A DNA stretch of 64,000 nt from Octopus sinensis. Lineage: Eukaryota. The DNA lies in contig NC_043003.1 of NCBI RefSeq assembly GCF_006345805.1, positions 48,422,001-48,486,000 on the forward strand. Reading direction: 5' to 3'. Position 1 is the first letter of the stretch. Each line of letters begins with the position of its first letter. This document shows, piece after piece, positions 25,290 through 38,260 of this stretch. The notes beneath the pieces were generated by a model, which saw nothing but the letters and a program-made list of their open reading frames with translations, was not told where the DNA came from and searched no databases. A program made the position numbers and the translations under genes.

Positions 25290-26670
25290 GCACCTTATTG
25301 AAAGAGAAAACTGTGATACTTCACAAGTAGGCCGAACATTTTCAAGAACTTCTGAATCGGGTCAACTACTCGGATCCCACAGTACTCGAAAAGATTTCAG
25401 ATCTTCCTATTCTGACAGAGCTTGACAACCTCCCAACACGCGATGAGGTCCAACGGGCCATTTACGGTCCCCAAAACAAGAAGTCTCCCAGCGATCAGGA
25501 GACCCCTATTGAAATTTACAAGTATGGTGGACTTCACCTCATACCGCATCTTTACTCTTTGTTTCTTCTCTTTTGGCAGGGAAGACTATACCCGAAAGGT
25601 GGAAACACTTCAATATTGTCACAATCTACAAGCACAAGGGAGACCCTGCAGAATGCAGCAAGAGCGGGGTAATCTCTCTCTTCTGGATAAAACCGGCAAG
25701 ATATACTCACGTATTCTCCTCTGACGTCTTCTACTTCATGTTGTCAACCTGGTTATGCCTGAGCATCCGTGTTGATTTCGACCAGAAAGAAACACTTCTT
25801 TCATGATACTTGTGACCCGTCATCTTCAAAAGTATCGTGAACAGCAGTTACGTCTTCATCGATCTAACAAATGTGTTTGGCACGGTCAACTGTCATATGT
25901 TGTGGCTGCTCGCCAACATTTCTCTCAATCATCCAGAAGTTTCATGATGATATGCAAGCGTGAGTGACACTCGGTGGTGAAGCCTCGGAACCCTTTGGTG
26001 TCCAGGTGGGGGTAAAACAAGGATGCATCCTTGCCCATGTACTGTTTAACATTTACCTGGTGGCTGTAACCCTTCACTTCAGAAGACAGTTCACCGAAAA
26101 CGTAATTCGTATCAGGTACCGTTATGACGGCAGCATCTTTAACATTTGCCACCTGAAAGTCACATAAAAAATCCTCTCACCCACGGAGTACGAGATTCAG
26201 CTGTACCATCTCATACCTCCTCCTCTCCTCAACATATGACTCAATGAACAGTGCATATTTTCGGTTCTGTCTTCAAGTGAATCATCGAAAAACTGAAGTT
26301 CTCCAAGCAGTCTTCTCGTACTCACCTCCCCCTCAGCCCGTCCCTACTGATGGTGCTCCTCTACCATAAACTCATTCTGCTGTCTGGGAAGTACCATTTC
26401 TAACACTGGACTTCTTGATGAGTAGACACTCTGATCAACTTTCGGGAGACTCAGCGAATGAATCTTTCAGAACAAGTACAAAAATCAAGCTGTCTGCGTA
26501 TCCACACTCCTGTACAGGTCTGAGTGCTGGACCCTTTATTGGCGCCAGATCAGACTACTAGAAGCGTTCCATATCAAATCGCTCCAAAGTATCTTTGGTC
26601 TCACATGGCAGGACAAGGAGCTTCATACCAAAATCCTCCTGGGAGCTGGGATCTACAGAAGGAAACAACC
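25290..26670 (+). mobile_element. Degenerate RTE (BovB-like) LINE RT fragment, a second RTE family
   Basis: Motifs AEHFQELLN, ELDNLPTRDEVQRAI, IVTIYKHKGD, GVKQGCILAHVLFNIYL, IRYRYDGSIFN and LEAFHIK..SIFGLTWQDK. Many frameshifts. Confidence 0.8.
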
Positions 26671-26940
26671 TCTAATGGTTGAACAATAATCTCTCTCTAT
26701 ATATAAAACTGAGAATATGTGTGTGTGTCTGTCTGTGTGTTTCCCTAAAACTTGAGAACTACACAACCAATTTCATTCAAATTTTACACATGCCTTACTT
26801 AGGGTCCATGTAGTGTCATGGACAAAAAAATTGTTTAACTTCTTGCCTTGAGCGAATCTACAGCAATATCATATCTTTTCCACTATTTCGTATTACGTGT
26901 TAAAAGTGAAACAAAAACATCTCTCTATTGTATGTATATG

Positions 26941-26971
<31 letters not shown>

Positions 26972-27142
26972 ATTGAGATAGGGGTTGTAAATGCAACCCT
27001 CCATGGGATAAGATATATCCAATATACTGCTAGTGAAGTACCCAACAAAGTTAATGCATAAATGTTAAGAATTGCGATACAATAAATTCATTTACTGTAT
27101 TATATGGGCAAAGGTAAAATGTTTTACCACAAATTCATAATA

Positions 27143-27439
27143 CAAAATAAGAAAATGGAGAAATACATCGAAATCAAATATCAATTACCAGATAATACTC
27201 AATCACATACTTTATTAAACCACCACATAAGAAACTTTATATTTATTTTCTATTATACGTATTCTACTTATTGTATAACATTACTCTTTTATGTACACTC
27301 CTTCATGTACACTGTTTTACCCTACATTATTATGTTTAACCTTATAGTTTCTTATGTGGTGGTTTAATAAAGTATGTGATTGAGTATTATCTGGTAATTG
27401 ATATTTGATTTCGATGTATTTCTCCATTTTCTTATTTTG
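27143..27439. mobile_element. MITE/fold-back element, TA-flanked, within a perfect 97-bp inverted repeat
   Basis: 27140-27236 is the exact reverse complement of 27346-27442, with a 109-bp spacer. Termini TA|CAAAATAAG ... CTTATTTTG|TA. Confidence 0.8.
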
Positions 27440-27508
<69 letters not shown>

Positions 27509-27560
27509 GTGTGTGTGTGTGTGTGTGTGGTGTGTGTGTGTGTGTATGTGTGTGTATATT
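27440..27560. repeat. (TA)n(TG)n compound microsatellite
   Basis: Seen directly in the sequence. Confidence 0.9.
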
Positions 27561-29599
27561 ACAAAATATAAAGTTATATCTTGAGATCGTTAGTGACAAC
27601 AACGCTCAAAATATATAACAGACTGGAATAGTAGTGTTCAAATTAGCTGTATACACTTTTTAATCCGAGGGGAGGCAATGCGAGCAGCAACTACAAGAGC
27701 ACTACAAAATCCACAGAAAGATCAAACACATACATATATTCATATATTCATTTATATCTACAGAACAGACATAAAGCCCGACGTTTAGAAATATATAGTA
27801 ATATATAAATATATAAACATCATATAAAAATATATTGTACGCATAAGATCCACTCGACGTTCCATAAGAAATTCAGAAATAAAAATTACAATAAAAGTTA
27901 GCGGTAATAATAACAATTAAATCAAATATAGTAAGTAGTAATTAAATATATTTTATTTTATTAAAATGGTAATTAAATTGTAATATAACAATTAAAAGAA
28001 AAAAATAGCAATCAGTATAAAATGTATCAAGAACTTGAACACGAATATGTGGCTTTGCATGAATGGGAGAAATTAAAAGATGAAAAATTTAATTGGGTGC
28101 AGAAATGAATTAGTCCAGACGGAGCTGTGCGCATACCATTTACTATAGCTGCTAGATTGAATTATATGCTTATAAAGTAGCATTCAGTATCTATGAGAAT
28201 TTTTGGGAGTAGGTAATGTCTGGTCTTTCGCATGTAGCAGGTATGTAATTGTGCATTTGTTTCCGTGTACTATGTGTTGTGTGTAAAAAACATCCTGACG
28301 AGGGGAGTGTCAATTTTAAATATATGATATGTTTCATATTAATTGGTGCATCTCCGAAACTTAGATGAACTTTTATGTATTTTTGTAAATTTGTATATTT
28401 ATCTTCTATGTATTTTTCTCTGGAATTTTAATTCGTCTTTTTAATATGTCATTGTATGTTTTATTACCCCAAATTTTTAATTTAACAAATTTATACCAAA
28501 CTAGCACTATGACCCGGCAACGCCGGGTCATAATGCTAGTACTTTATAAACTTTCATTTAGATTGTTTATAGAAAAATGAAATAGATTTTGGAAGTAGAT
28601 GTTAAGGTAAATAAAAGATTGCTTTTGTCCACAATTTTTATGTAATGCTTTACAGGTATCGGTAGGTGCTTTTCCTACTAATCCACTTAAACGAAACAAG
28701 CAATCCTAAGCAAGGTAATTTACCATTTTAAATCCTAAGCTTCACTGATACAGAAAAATCTTTCAGGTACCTCTGTGGTCACAAAATTATCAAATTAATA
28801 TGGATCAGCTTGTACCAATTTTGTTGATTCTGACATGAAGTGCCTGAAGAGTTATCTCTGTGAGCTAAAATAGTTAAAATAGCTGGAATAAATTATGACA
28901 TCTTATTTGAGATGATAGAACGACAGCTGCTCCGTGGTGTAAATCGATGACGTGGTTGCCTGGCAAACAGTAAATACGTTGTTCAAACTACATTGTTGGA
29001 TTTTTTTTTTACTATTTTCTCTCTCAAACAGCCGAATATTATATAAAGAAATGTAATTAAATACAGTAAAACATTTTATCTGAAATTCAATCAATTTTGT
29101 AATATATTAAGAATGTATAAATTTTTCTTCATTTAGTTGGTTGTTGTTGTTTAGCTACAGATTTTCCCTGATCAAGGAGATCTATGATTAAAATCATTTC
29201 AGTTGTGACCATTTCATCTTTTTTTCCAGTCGTAGACTACATTATCCATGTTGTTATTCATTTACGAAGAGAGTACGATTTAATTCAAGGGAGATTTAGC
29301 TACCCTTTCTAGAAAATTGACCCAACACAAAGGTTTTCTTATTAACGTTGGTTCTCTCCTTATCAATGTGGTAGATAAATTCTACTGCAGAATAGATGGT
29401 GGATTCACCCTAACCAAGAAAAATCTCAACAGTTTCAATAAACTTCCCCTATGAAAGACATTTAAATACCACTGAAAGCATCTAGTTTGGTGGCTGAAAA
29501 AAATCACTATTTTGCTCCTCTGACTCATTTTAGTTTTTCCTTTTATACCTATGATTTATATATAATTTAAATTTGATTTAAATTCATTGATAATACTTA

Positions 29600-29830
29600 A
29601 TTGTCCATAAGGCTGTGAGGTAATACAATCGTTAGCATACCAGACAAAATGCTTAATGGCATTTCACTTGTCTTTACGTTCAGTGTCCAAATTTCACCGA
29701 GGTCGATTTTGCTTTTCATCCTTTCAGGATCGATAAAATGAATACCAGTCGAGCACTAGGGTCGATGCAATTGACTAGCCCCTTCCTACAAAAATTTCAG
29801 GCCTTGTTCCTATTGAGGAAAGGAATATAT
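29600..29830 (+). mobile_element. SINE, family B
   Basis: caaaatgctta.tggcattt...gaggtcgattttgcttttcatcctttcaggatcgataaaatgaataccagtcgagcactag. Confidence 0.75.
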
Positions 29831-30109
29831 GATTGTCTATGAACTATATAGACGAGATATAAGATATCGAGACGAACGTCTGCAGATGGAGAAAGGAAAC
29901 GACAATATAGAATTTTTTTTTTTTATTTAAAAATCTCTCTCAATGATAAAAGGACGAAAAAATTTTCTAAAATAAATACACTACAAATTACTGAACTTTA
30001 CTTAGATTTGCACTTTCACCCTTGCTTTGCATTGAACAATAAATAATTACGTTTCTATCTGACGTGAATAACAGAGAATAATAAATAATCTTTTCTACTA
30101 TAGACACAA

Positions 30110-30468
30110 GGGGAGGAGGCCAGTCGATTAGATCGACCCCAGTACGCAACTAGTAATTTATCAACCTTGAAAGGATGAAAGGCAAAGTCAACCTCGGCGG
30201 AATTTGAACCCTGAACATAAAGACAGAAGAAATACCTATTTCTTTGCTACCCACAAGGGGCTAAATACAGGAGACAAACAAGGACAGACAGACGGATTAA
30301 GTCGATTATATCGACTCCAGTGCGTAACTGGTACTTAATTTATCGACCCCGAAAGGATGAAAGACAAAGTCGACCTCGGCGGAATTTGAACTCAGAACGT
30401 AGCGGTAGACGAAATACCGCTAAGCATTTCGCCCGGCGTGCTAACGTTTCTGCCAGCTCGCCGCCTTA
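30110..30468 (-). mobile_element. Two adjacent SINE family B copies; 30290-30468 is young and near-consensus
   Basis: The minus strand reads ggcggcgagctggcagaaacgttagcacgccgggcgaaatgcttagcgg...gaggtcgactttgtctttcatcctttcggggtcgataaattaagtaccag. Confidence 0.85.
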
Positions 30469-32309
30469 CATTAAAATAAATATCTCAGCACTAAACAGGA
30501 AAGATAATTAGTGTTATAATAAAGTTCTCTCCCTTGGATTGATGTTTCATAATTAGATACCATTTCTTCAGAAAGCCAGGAAAACTATACTTATGATTAA
30601 AACGGTACAGTCATCTAAGTTGAAAATGATTAGCAGTAATATCTGTGAGATTAACCCTGCAACAGACTGGGATCCTTTCCATGTGTGAGGCTTGTATTCT
30701 TATTCATTTAACGGTCATGAAAACTAGGATACATACCAATCAAATGAATCTGTACGTTCTGCACAGACATTAACTTATCTGGATGTACTTGCTATGAAAT
30801 ACCAGATATGCTTTCAGAAATTTCCATCAGAACTAGCTTTACAGAACACAGGCTTTCAAAGATGTAGTGTGCAAGCAGCTCTTCCTCAAACCATCCCCTA
30901 CTGCCTTAAAATAACGCACATGTTGGATAACGTGGTCTTGGGCTCCTTGTACATAGGAAGAATAGTATTTTGTATATCTTATTTAACGTAGATACTGTGT
31001 AGAAAGTCACAAAACTGCAGTATTTGTTTTGTGAAAGAATCTCATATAACATGTAGTGCTAAAATAACATAGAAGTTATATCAGTAGCAGCAGATTAAAA
31101 CTGTCCAGCAACAGTTGTGGGATTGTTAAGTTATTTCTGTGACTGCATGATCTGTAACAAGTATCTGTTATCAATTGCATGCATAGACAGATTTCATCTC
31201 TATAGAAAACAGTGATTAACAAATCACTGGTGCCACAAATAGCTGGTGGGCCGGGTAAAAATTCGTCATTAGCAACAGAAGCAGTATTGGTTCAGAACAT
31301 TATTCTGTGTATGTTAATGTGGATATACTATAGAAAGCCAGGAAACTTCGGTATTTGTCTCAAGGAAAACATCTCATATAGATGCATAGTGCTAAAAATC
31401 CAAGAAGTGTATCTGTAGCAGACAAAAACATCCAGCAGTGGTGGTGTAGATTGCTTATGATCAAAGGATTGCTCAGTTAGGGCTGAGCTGGGAATAAGCA
31501 AGAATAATAAGAGCAACAACAAAAACGTCACTCAACTGCTCAGATCAGTTTTAGCTTCTTCTCTATCCTATTATTCTTTCCATATGAATCTTTACTACTT
31601 TACTAATACATTATATCAGTCACATACAGAAATATTATATATACAAACATTCAAATGGTGCAGGTGTGGCTGTGTGGTTAAGAAGCAAGCTTCTTAACCA
31701 TGTGGTCTTGGGTTCAGTCCCATTAGGTGGCACCTTGAGCAAGTGTCTTCTACTATAGTGCTCTGGGCTGACCAAAAGGCTTGTGAGTGGATTTAGTAGA
31801 TGGAAGGTCAGAAGGTTTCAGGGATCATCAGGAGAGAATATGCACCATTTCAGGGCCTTCCTCTTGATGGATTTATGGTGCACCAGGCCCAATTCATAAA
31901 TGTGAGGGCTTACTTACTGTTTTGACTGACTAGTATTCAACTACAGGTCCATTTTAGGATCATCACCTATCCAGTCAAGTTTCGTTATTCCTTTTCACTC
32001 ACATCCAACGGCTGGCTCTCTCAACTGTTGTCTGGATCTCCTTCAAGATGGCGTTGGCTTGCCGATGTTGGACACTAATTAATAGCAATCACTGTTTCAG
32101 TCTGGTCCTAGTAACTTCTAGAGGAAAGTGTGCTATATAATACTGAGTACCTTAGTGTTGAAATTCAGCTTCCTGCAAAAAAATGGCTGTGGTACCCTGG
32201 GTAAGTATCTTCTGACATAGTTTCAGATTGGCTAGAGCATTGGGAGTGGAATTTGGGAGACAGAGATTGTGCAGAAACCTGTCATATATCTAATAACTGT
32301 AATAAAGTG

Positions 32310-32625
32310 GTCCTCTGCTTGTGGCTGAGTACTCCAGAGACATGCATATCCTTAAGGTAGTTCTCAGGAACATTCAGTATGACACAGAACGTGATGAGGC
32401 TGGATCTTTGAAATACAGGTACTACTCATTTCAGTCAACTGTGTGAACTGGAGCAACTAAATAAAGTGTCTTGCTCAAGAACTGTGTGAACTGGAGCAAT
32501 TAAATAAAGTGTCTTGCTCAAGGACACAACACACTACCAGGAATTGAACACATAACCCTATGATTGTGAGCCGAATACTGTAACTACTAAGTTATGCCCC
32601 TTCACTCCTCTAAACATAGTGTACA
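32310..32625 (-). mobile_element. SINE, family C (CORE-like), with an internal 43-bp tandem duplication
   Basis: aactgtgtgaactggagcaa(c/t)taaataaagtgtcttgctcaag occurs twice (32437-32479 and 32480-32522). The minus strand contains the CORE-like gtgtccttgagcaagacac. Confidence 0.75.
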
Positions 32626-33431
32626 GAAAAAATGGTGAACTCTTAATGCATTTCCATGATTGTTAATGAATTTAATATGCTTTTGTCTAGATAAGTCCAC
32701 ATTTGTCTGCATAAAAAATATCATTTCCTTGTAGCTGAGTGATAGAAAAAAAAAGCTTGATTAGATCAACTCTTACTATAGCCATTGTGATGTGCTATAT
32801 GGAAAAATTACATTACTCTGCTTAATTCCTTTTGATCGGCTGACTACATGTTTTGTTGAGGTGTTTGAGGAATGGGCCTGAAACTGTTGGTAATAATTAA
32901 TCTCTATATGAAGGCAGTGAGCTGGCAGAAGCGTTAGCATACTGGGCAAAATGCTCAGTGGCATTTTGTCTGCCATCTGCATGTTCTGAGTTTAGATTCC
33001 ACTGAGGTCGACTTTGCTTTTCATCCTTTCGTGGTGGATAAAATATAATAAAATATATACCAGTTGAGCACTGGGGTTGATGTAATCAACTTTCCTCTCT
33101 TTCAAATTTCAGGTCTTGTGCCTATAGCAGAAAGGATTATTATTATTATTATTATTATGTAGGTGAAAAACTGGCAGAATCAATAGTATGCCGGACAAAT
33201 TCTACTAAGATCAATAAAATAAGTACCAGTTAAGCACCAGAGTCAATGTATCAGGCTGAGTAAAAAGCAAGCAACATTTTGAACCATGAAGAATTTATAC
33301 TGGATTTTTGCAGAGTTTTGAACTTTTTTAACATTTTTGTGCAATTGTCTGATAATATAGACATAGACTTGCTCAAATACATCAATAAATTAACATTGGT
33401 ATTTTTTGTACTGTTGTTACAGTCATTTGAA

Positions 33432-34411
33432 ATGAAGCTGTCAAAGTGCAATATTTGAGCAATTTTGCTATTAAACTTCAAAAAAGGATGTAAAGCTGCT
33501 GAAACTGCTTACAATATCAACAAGATCTTTGGTGAGGAAATGACCAGTGAGTGGTCAGCTCAAAAATGGTGAGACCTGAGCCTTGAAGATCACGAGCATA
33601 ATGGACGTTCATTTGTCATTGATGACGGTCAATTAAAGAAAGATCCATGTAAAATCACTCGAGAACTGGCAAAAGAACTTCAAGTTAGCCAGAAAACTGC
33701 CTGCAACCATTTGCATGCGATTGGAAAGTCAAAAAGCTTGACAAATGGGTACCACACAATTTGAATGAAAATCAGAAAATGCGCAGATATGAAGTTTGCT
33801 CGTTGCTTCTTCTCTGTAACCAGACCGATCCATTTCTCAACTGTATTGTAACTTGCGATGAGAAGTGGATTCTGTACAATAATAAAAAAACATTCTTCAC
33901 AGTGGCTGGACCAAAATGAAGCACTGTAAATCTTCCCTAAACTCAAGCTCTTCAAAAAGAAGGTTAATGTGAATGTTTGATGGTGTACTGCTGGAGTCAT
34001 CCACTATAACTTCTTAAAATCTGGAAAAACCATTACTGCAGAAACATATTGTCATGAAATTGCCAAAACAAATGAAACACTGCTACTCCTCTGTCCCAGA
34101 CTGGTCAACAGAAGAGGGCCAATCATTCTTAATGATCATTTCACTAATGACGCTTCAAAAATTGAAGGAACTTGGCTACAAAGTTCTTCTCCACCCAGTT
34201 TATTCCCCAGACCTTTCTCCTACCAACAACCACTTTTTCAAGCACCTTGATGGTTTCCTGTGAGAGGAGTTCAAAAATAAATTTGATGCTAAAGTACATT
34301 CAAAGAGTTCATCAGCTCCAGAACTCCAGATTTTTATGTTAACGCAATAAAAAAACTTGTAATTCGTTGGCAAAAATGTGTTGATTGTAATGGTACTTAC
34401 TTTGATGAATA
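33432..34411 (+). pseudogene. Mariner (DD34D) transposase relic
   Basis: N-terminal HTH-like K.CKAAETA.NIN..FG; KWVPHNL.ENQK; DEKWILYNN; LHPVYSPDLSPTNNHFFKHLD; RWQKCV..NG.YF. Multiple frameshifts. Confidence 0.85.
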
Positions 34412-34740
34412 AAATTACCGCATTGTTGAAATGCATTGTGACGAATTTCATGTTTCAAAACGTTTACTTTTTACTCAGCCTGATAACTGACCAGCCCCCT
34501 ACCCCAAAATTTCTTGTGCCTATACTTAGCACACCAGGAAAAATGCTTAGTGGCATTTTGTCTGTCACCTGCATGTTCTGAGTTTACACTTCATCAAGGT
34601 CAACTTTGCTTTTCATCCTTCTGGGGTCGATAAAATGAGCACTAGGGTTGATGTAACTGACATAGCCCCTTCCCTAAGACTGCTGGACTTTTGCTTAAAA
34701 TTTAAAACTAATGATTAATCTCAATATGTGTTCATATGTG

Positions 34741-34990
34741 GTCGTCATCATCATCAACATCGTTTAATATCTGCTTTCCATGATGACATGGGTTGGATGG
34801 TTTGACATGGAGCTGGCTAGCATAGAGCTGTCTTAACTCCAATTGTCTGTTGTAATATGGTTTCTATGGCTGGATGCCCTTCCTAGCACCAACCACTTTA
34901 CAGAGTGTGCTGGGTGCTTTTCATGTGCCACTAGCATTTATGCAGCACTAGCACTGAGTGGTTTTTAAGTGGCACCGGCACCTGAAAGAA
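34741..34990 (-). mobile_element. RTE 3'-tail copy
   Basis: catcatcatcaacatcgtttaa...ggatgcccttcctagcaccaaccac. Confidence 0.7.
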
Positions 34991-35329
34991 AAAGCCTGTG
35001 TGTGTGGAAGACAGTGAATTACTTAGCTAGACGCGTCTTATCAAGTACGGCAAATTGCCACATCTCCCAGTTACTCATCAGTTCTTCAGTGAGACCCAGT
35101 GTTCAAAGATCCTTTCTTACCACCTTGTCTATGTATATGTTAAAATACAAGACACCAAAGCCTGTAATGTGGACAAGGACAAGTTATGACATGGTGTGTC
35201 TGTCTACACACACCGATAACTGATGGTCGCTTCAAAGATGGCTTTTTGCAATACAACTTAAGGATTTACAACAGAATAAAACTTACCAACTAAACTTTGT
35301 ACTTTCACACATTTGTTACAAAAATATAG

Positions 35330-35700
35330 GTGCAGGCATGGCTGTGTGGCTAAGAAGCTTGCTTCCTTTGTAGCCATGTGTTTTGAGTTCAATCCCACTG
35401 TGTGGAACTTTGAGCAAGTGTCTTTTATTATATTTCAGGGCTGACCAATGCCTTGAGTGAATTTGGTAAATGGAAACAGCATAAAGCCTATTGTATATAT
35501 GTGTGTGTGAGTATGTTTGCCTGCCAACTGGTGTTGGTTCATTTATGCCCCAAAACTTGGCAGTTTGGCAAAAGACACAGATAAAATAAGTACCAAGCTT
35601 AACAAAAAAATAAGTACTGGGATTAATCTGTCTGACTAAACCCTTCAAAGCAGTGCCCCAGCATGGCCGCAGTCCAATGAGTGAAACAAATAAAAGATAA
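35330..35700 (+). mobile_element. SINE, family A
   Basis: ggtgcaggcatggctgtgtggctaagaagcttgcttcc...cagcatggccgcagtc.aatga.tgaaac. Confidence 0.8.
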
Positions 35701-35862
35701 AGGATATTCATTCTTCGTTGACCTGCCTTCAAAATATGAAGGTTGAAAAACTCACAAATGTAAAATACAAGAAAATAATCTGAAATCCACTATTTCCTTT
35801 CCTTAATTTTTTTTTGTATATTCCTTTCAGAAATAAATGAAGAACTTACCATACTAGATGTA

Positions 35863-37522
35863 TGAGATGGTATCAAAGAGTTCGTGGACTCTTTTACTTG
35901 TTTCAGTCATGTGACTGTTGCCATGCTGGAGCACTGCCTTTAGTCAAGCAAATCAACCCCAGGACTCATTCTTTGTAAGCCTAGTACTTATTCTATCAGT
36001 CTCTTTCGCCGAACTGCTAAGTTATGGGGACGTAAACACACCTGCATCGGTTGTCAAGCGATGTTGGGGGGACAAACATACACACAAACATATACACACA
36101 CATACATATATATATATACATACATACGATGGGCTTCTTTCAGTTTCTGTCTACCAAATCACCCACAAGGCTTTGGTTGGGCCGAGGCTATAGTAGAAGA
36201 CACTTGCCCAAGGTGGCATGCAGTGGGACTGAATCCAGAACCATGTGGTTCATAAGCAACCTACTTACCACACAGCCTCTCCTATGCCTAATAAAAAATA
36301 ACTTATTTATCTAAGTTTTAACATCATCTTTGAAATAGTCACCTTGTGCAGTAATATACAGGTCCCAGTGTTGCTGTCAATTTTCGAATCCAGCCGGGAA
36401 GTCATTTTCTGTAAGCGAGTCAAGGACCTTCTGTGATTTGCTGTGGATCTTGACAACAGTGTTAAAACGACGACCATTGAGTTGTATTTTCATCTTGAGG
36501 TAGAGATGTAAGTCCACAGGTCTTAAATCTGGCGAATAGGATAAGTGCAGAAGCGATACCATGTTTTGGGCAAGAAACTCACGAATGAAGAGAACTCGGT
36601 GACAGGGTGCATTGTCGTCATGAGGAATCCAAATGTTAGGATTTCCTGCAGGGACCCCTAAAACAGACCAACAACATCAGCAATGTTGCTGATTTTCCTT
36701 CGACGAGAAGACCTATTGAGTCAAGTATGTCAACATCAACATCAGAATATAAATCAAATGGAAATTGTAGTTATGATACCCGTGCTGGTGGGATGTAAAA
36801 AGCAACATCTGAACGTGGCTGATGCCAGCACTGCCTGACTGGCGTCCGTGTCGGTGACACATAAATGGCATCAACCAATCGTGGCCATTTGCCAGCCTCC
36901 TCTGGCCCCTGTGCCAGTGGCATGTAAAAAGCACCCACTATACTCATGGTGCTAGGAAAGGCATCCAGCTGTAGAAACACTGCCAGATCAGACTGGAGCC
37001 TGGGGCAGCCTCCTGGCTTCCCAGACCCCAGTCGAATCGTCCAACCCATACTAGCATGGCAAACGGATGTTAAACGATGATGATGATGATGATGCTTATG
37101 CACAAGCTGATGAATGTTCTCCACATTTCAGGGGTGGTGCATGTGGCAGGTCTTCTAGAACTCTCATTGCTTTCCAGAGACGTTCTTCTACTTTTGAAGT
37201 GCTCGTGCCACTCAACCTATTACCTCATTGCTATAAGCTTACCAAAGCATACTCAATATCTTTGTAGCAGACTTCCCAAGTTTAACACAAAATTTGACAT
37301 TGAATCTTTGTTACAACTTTCTGACCATGACAAAAAATCTCAGACTCCAGCATATATGTGATCACAAAAACACAAATTTCACAACATGCAAAGTAAACAC
37401 AGCAATGACACTTGGCACACTACCTCATGAAAGCCATTGTTAGCTCTCACTCTGTATGCAATTGTGCTGCCATCTGTTGGTGCACTACAAAACTAGTCCA
37501 GGAACTTTTTGATATCACCTTG
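35863..37522 (-). mobile_element. Internally deleted mariner element with both TIRs and TA TSD, split by a SINE A (35890-36290) and an RTE tail (36714-37095)
   Basis: Left end TA|tgagatggtatcaaagagttcgtggac; right end gtccaggaactttttgatatcaccttg|TA. Minus-strand YSPDLRPVDLHLY..MKIQLNGRRF (36377-36562) and an N-terminal QRFNVKFCVKLGKSA-like segment at ~37270-37315. Confidence 0.75.
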
Positions 37523-37882
37523 TAGAAGAATGATTTTAGAAAGTGACAGTCAGTCACTGGCTGACACTCGCTGACAATACATCGAAGAGGCCAGGGAACA
37601 GAAGAAAGAAGACATGCACCCAACACCAGAGCTGAAGACACCTCCGAAAGGGGGGGCCCCGCCACGTCAAAACGGTAGAGGAGTAGGGGCCGAAACCGGA
37701 CGTGGTTCCTCCTGATGATGTCTTGAGCTAACTGGATCCTATAAAGGAGCTGTTGTGGTAGCAGACCACGAAACACGGTTGTAATTCCTCCTGTATAGAA
37801 TCTTTGTAAAAGTGAAGATATTGGTTATTCTGGCATTGGAGCTACTGGCTCCATATCTTGAACAACTTGAATTACACATTTC

Positions 37883-38260
37883 ATATCTTTTACTTGTTTC
37901 AGTCATTGGACTCTGGCCATGCTGGGGCACTGCTTTTAAGGATTTTAGTCAAACAAATCAATCCCTGCACTAAATATTAAACCTGGTACTTATTCCGTCT
38001 GTCTCTTTTCTGGAGCTCCAATATTACAGGGACATAAACAAACCAACTATTGTTGTCAAGTGGTGGCAGGAGACAAACATAACACAAAAACACATAATGG
38101 GCTTCTACACAGGTTCTGTCTATCAAAGCCATTCACATGGCTTTGGTTGACCTGGGGCTATAGTAAAAGATAGCTGCCCACAAGATCAGATAGTAGGACT
38201 GAACCCAAGACCACAGAGTTGGGAAGTAAGCTGCTCGACCACACAGCCATGCCTATGCCT
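37883..38260 (-). mobile_element. SINE, family A
   Basis: cttttacttgtttcagtcatt...ccacacagccatgcc. Confidence 0.8.

Larger units (their letters stand above)
26690..28539 (+). mobile_element. Non-autonomous Helitron (A|TC ... hairpin-CTAG|T) carrying microsatellites, a MITE and a hammerhead-like motif
   Basis: 5' end a|tctctctctatatataaaa...gtctgtctgtgtgt. 3' end ctagcactatgacccggc-aac-gccgggtcataatgctag|t. Inserted between A and T with no TSD. Pairing the two termini as one element is inference. Confidence 0.7.
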
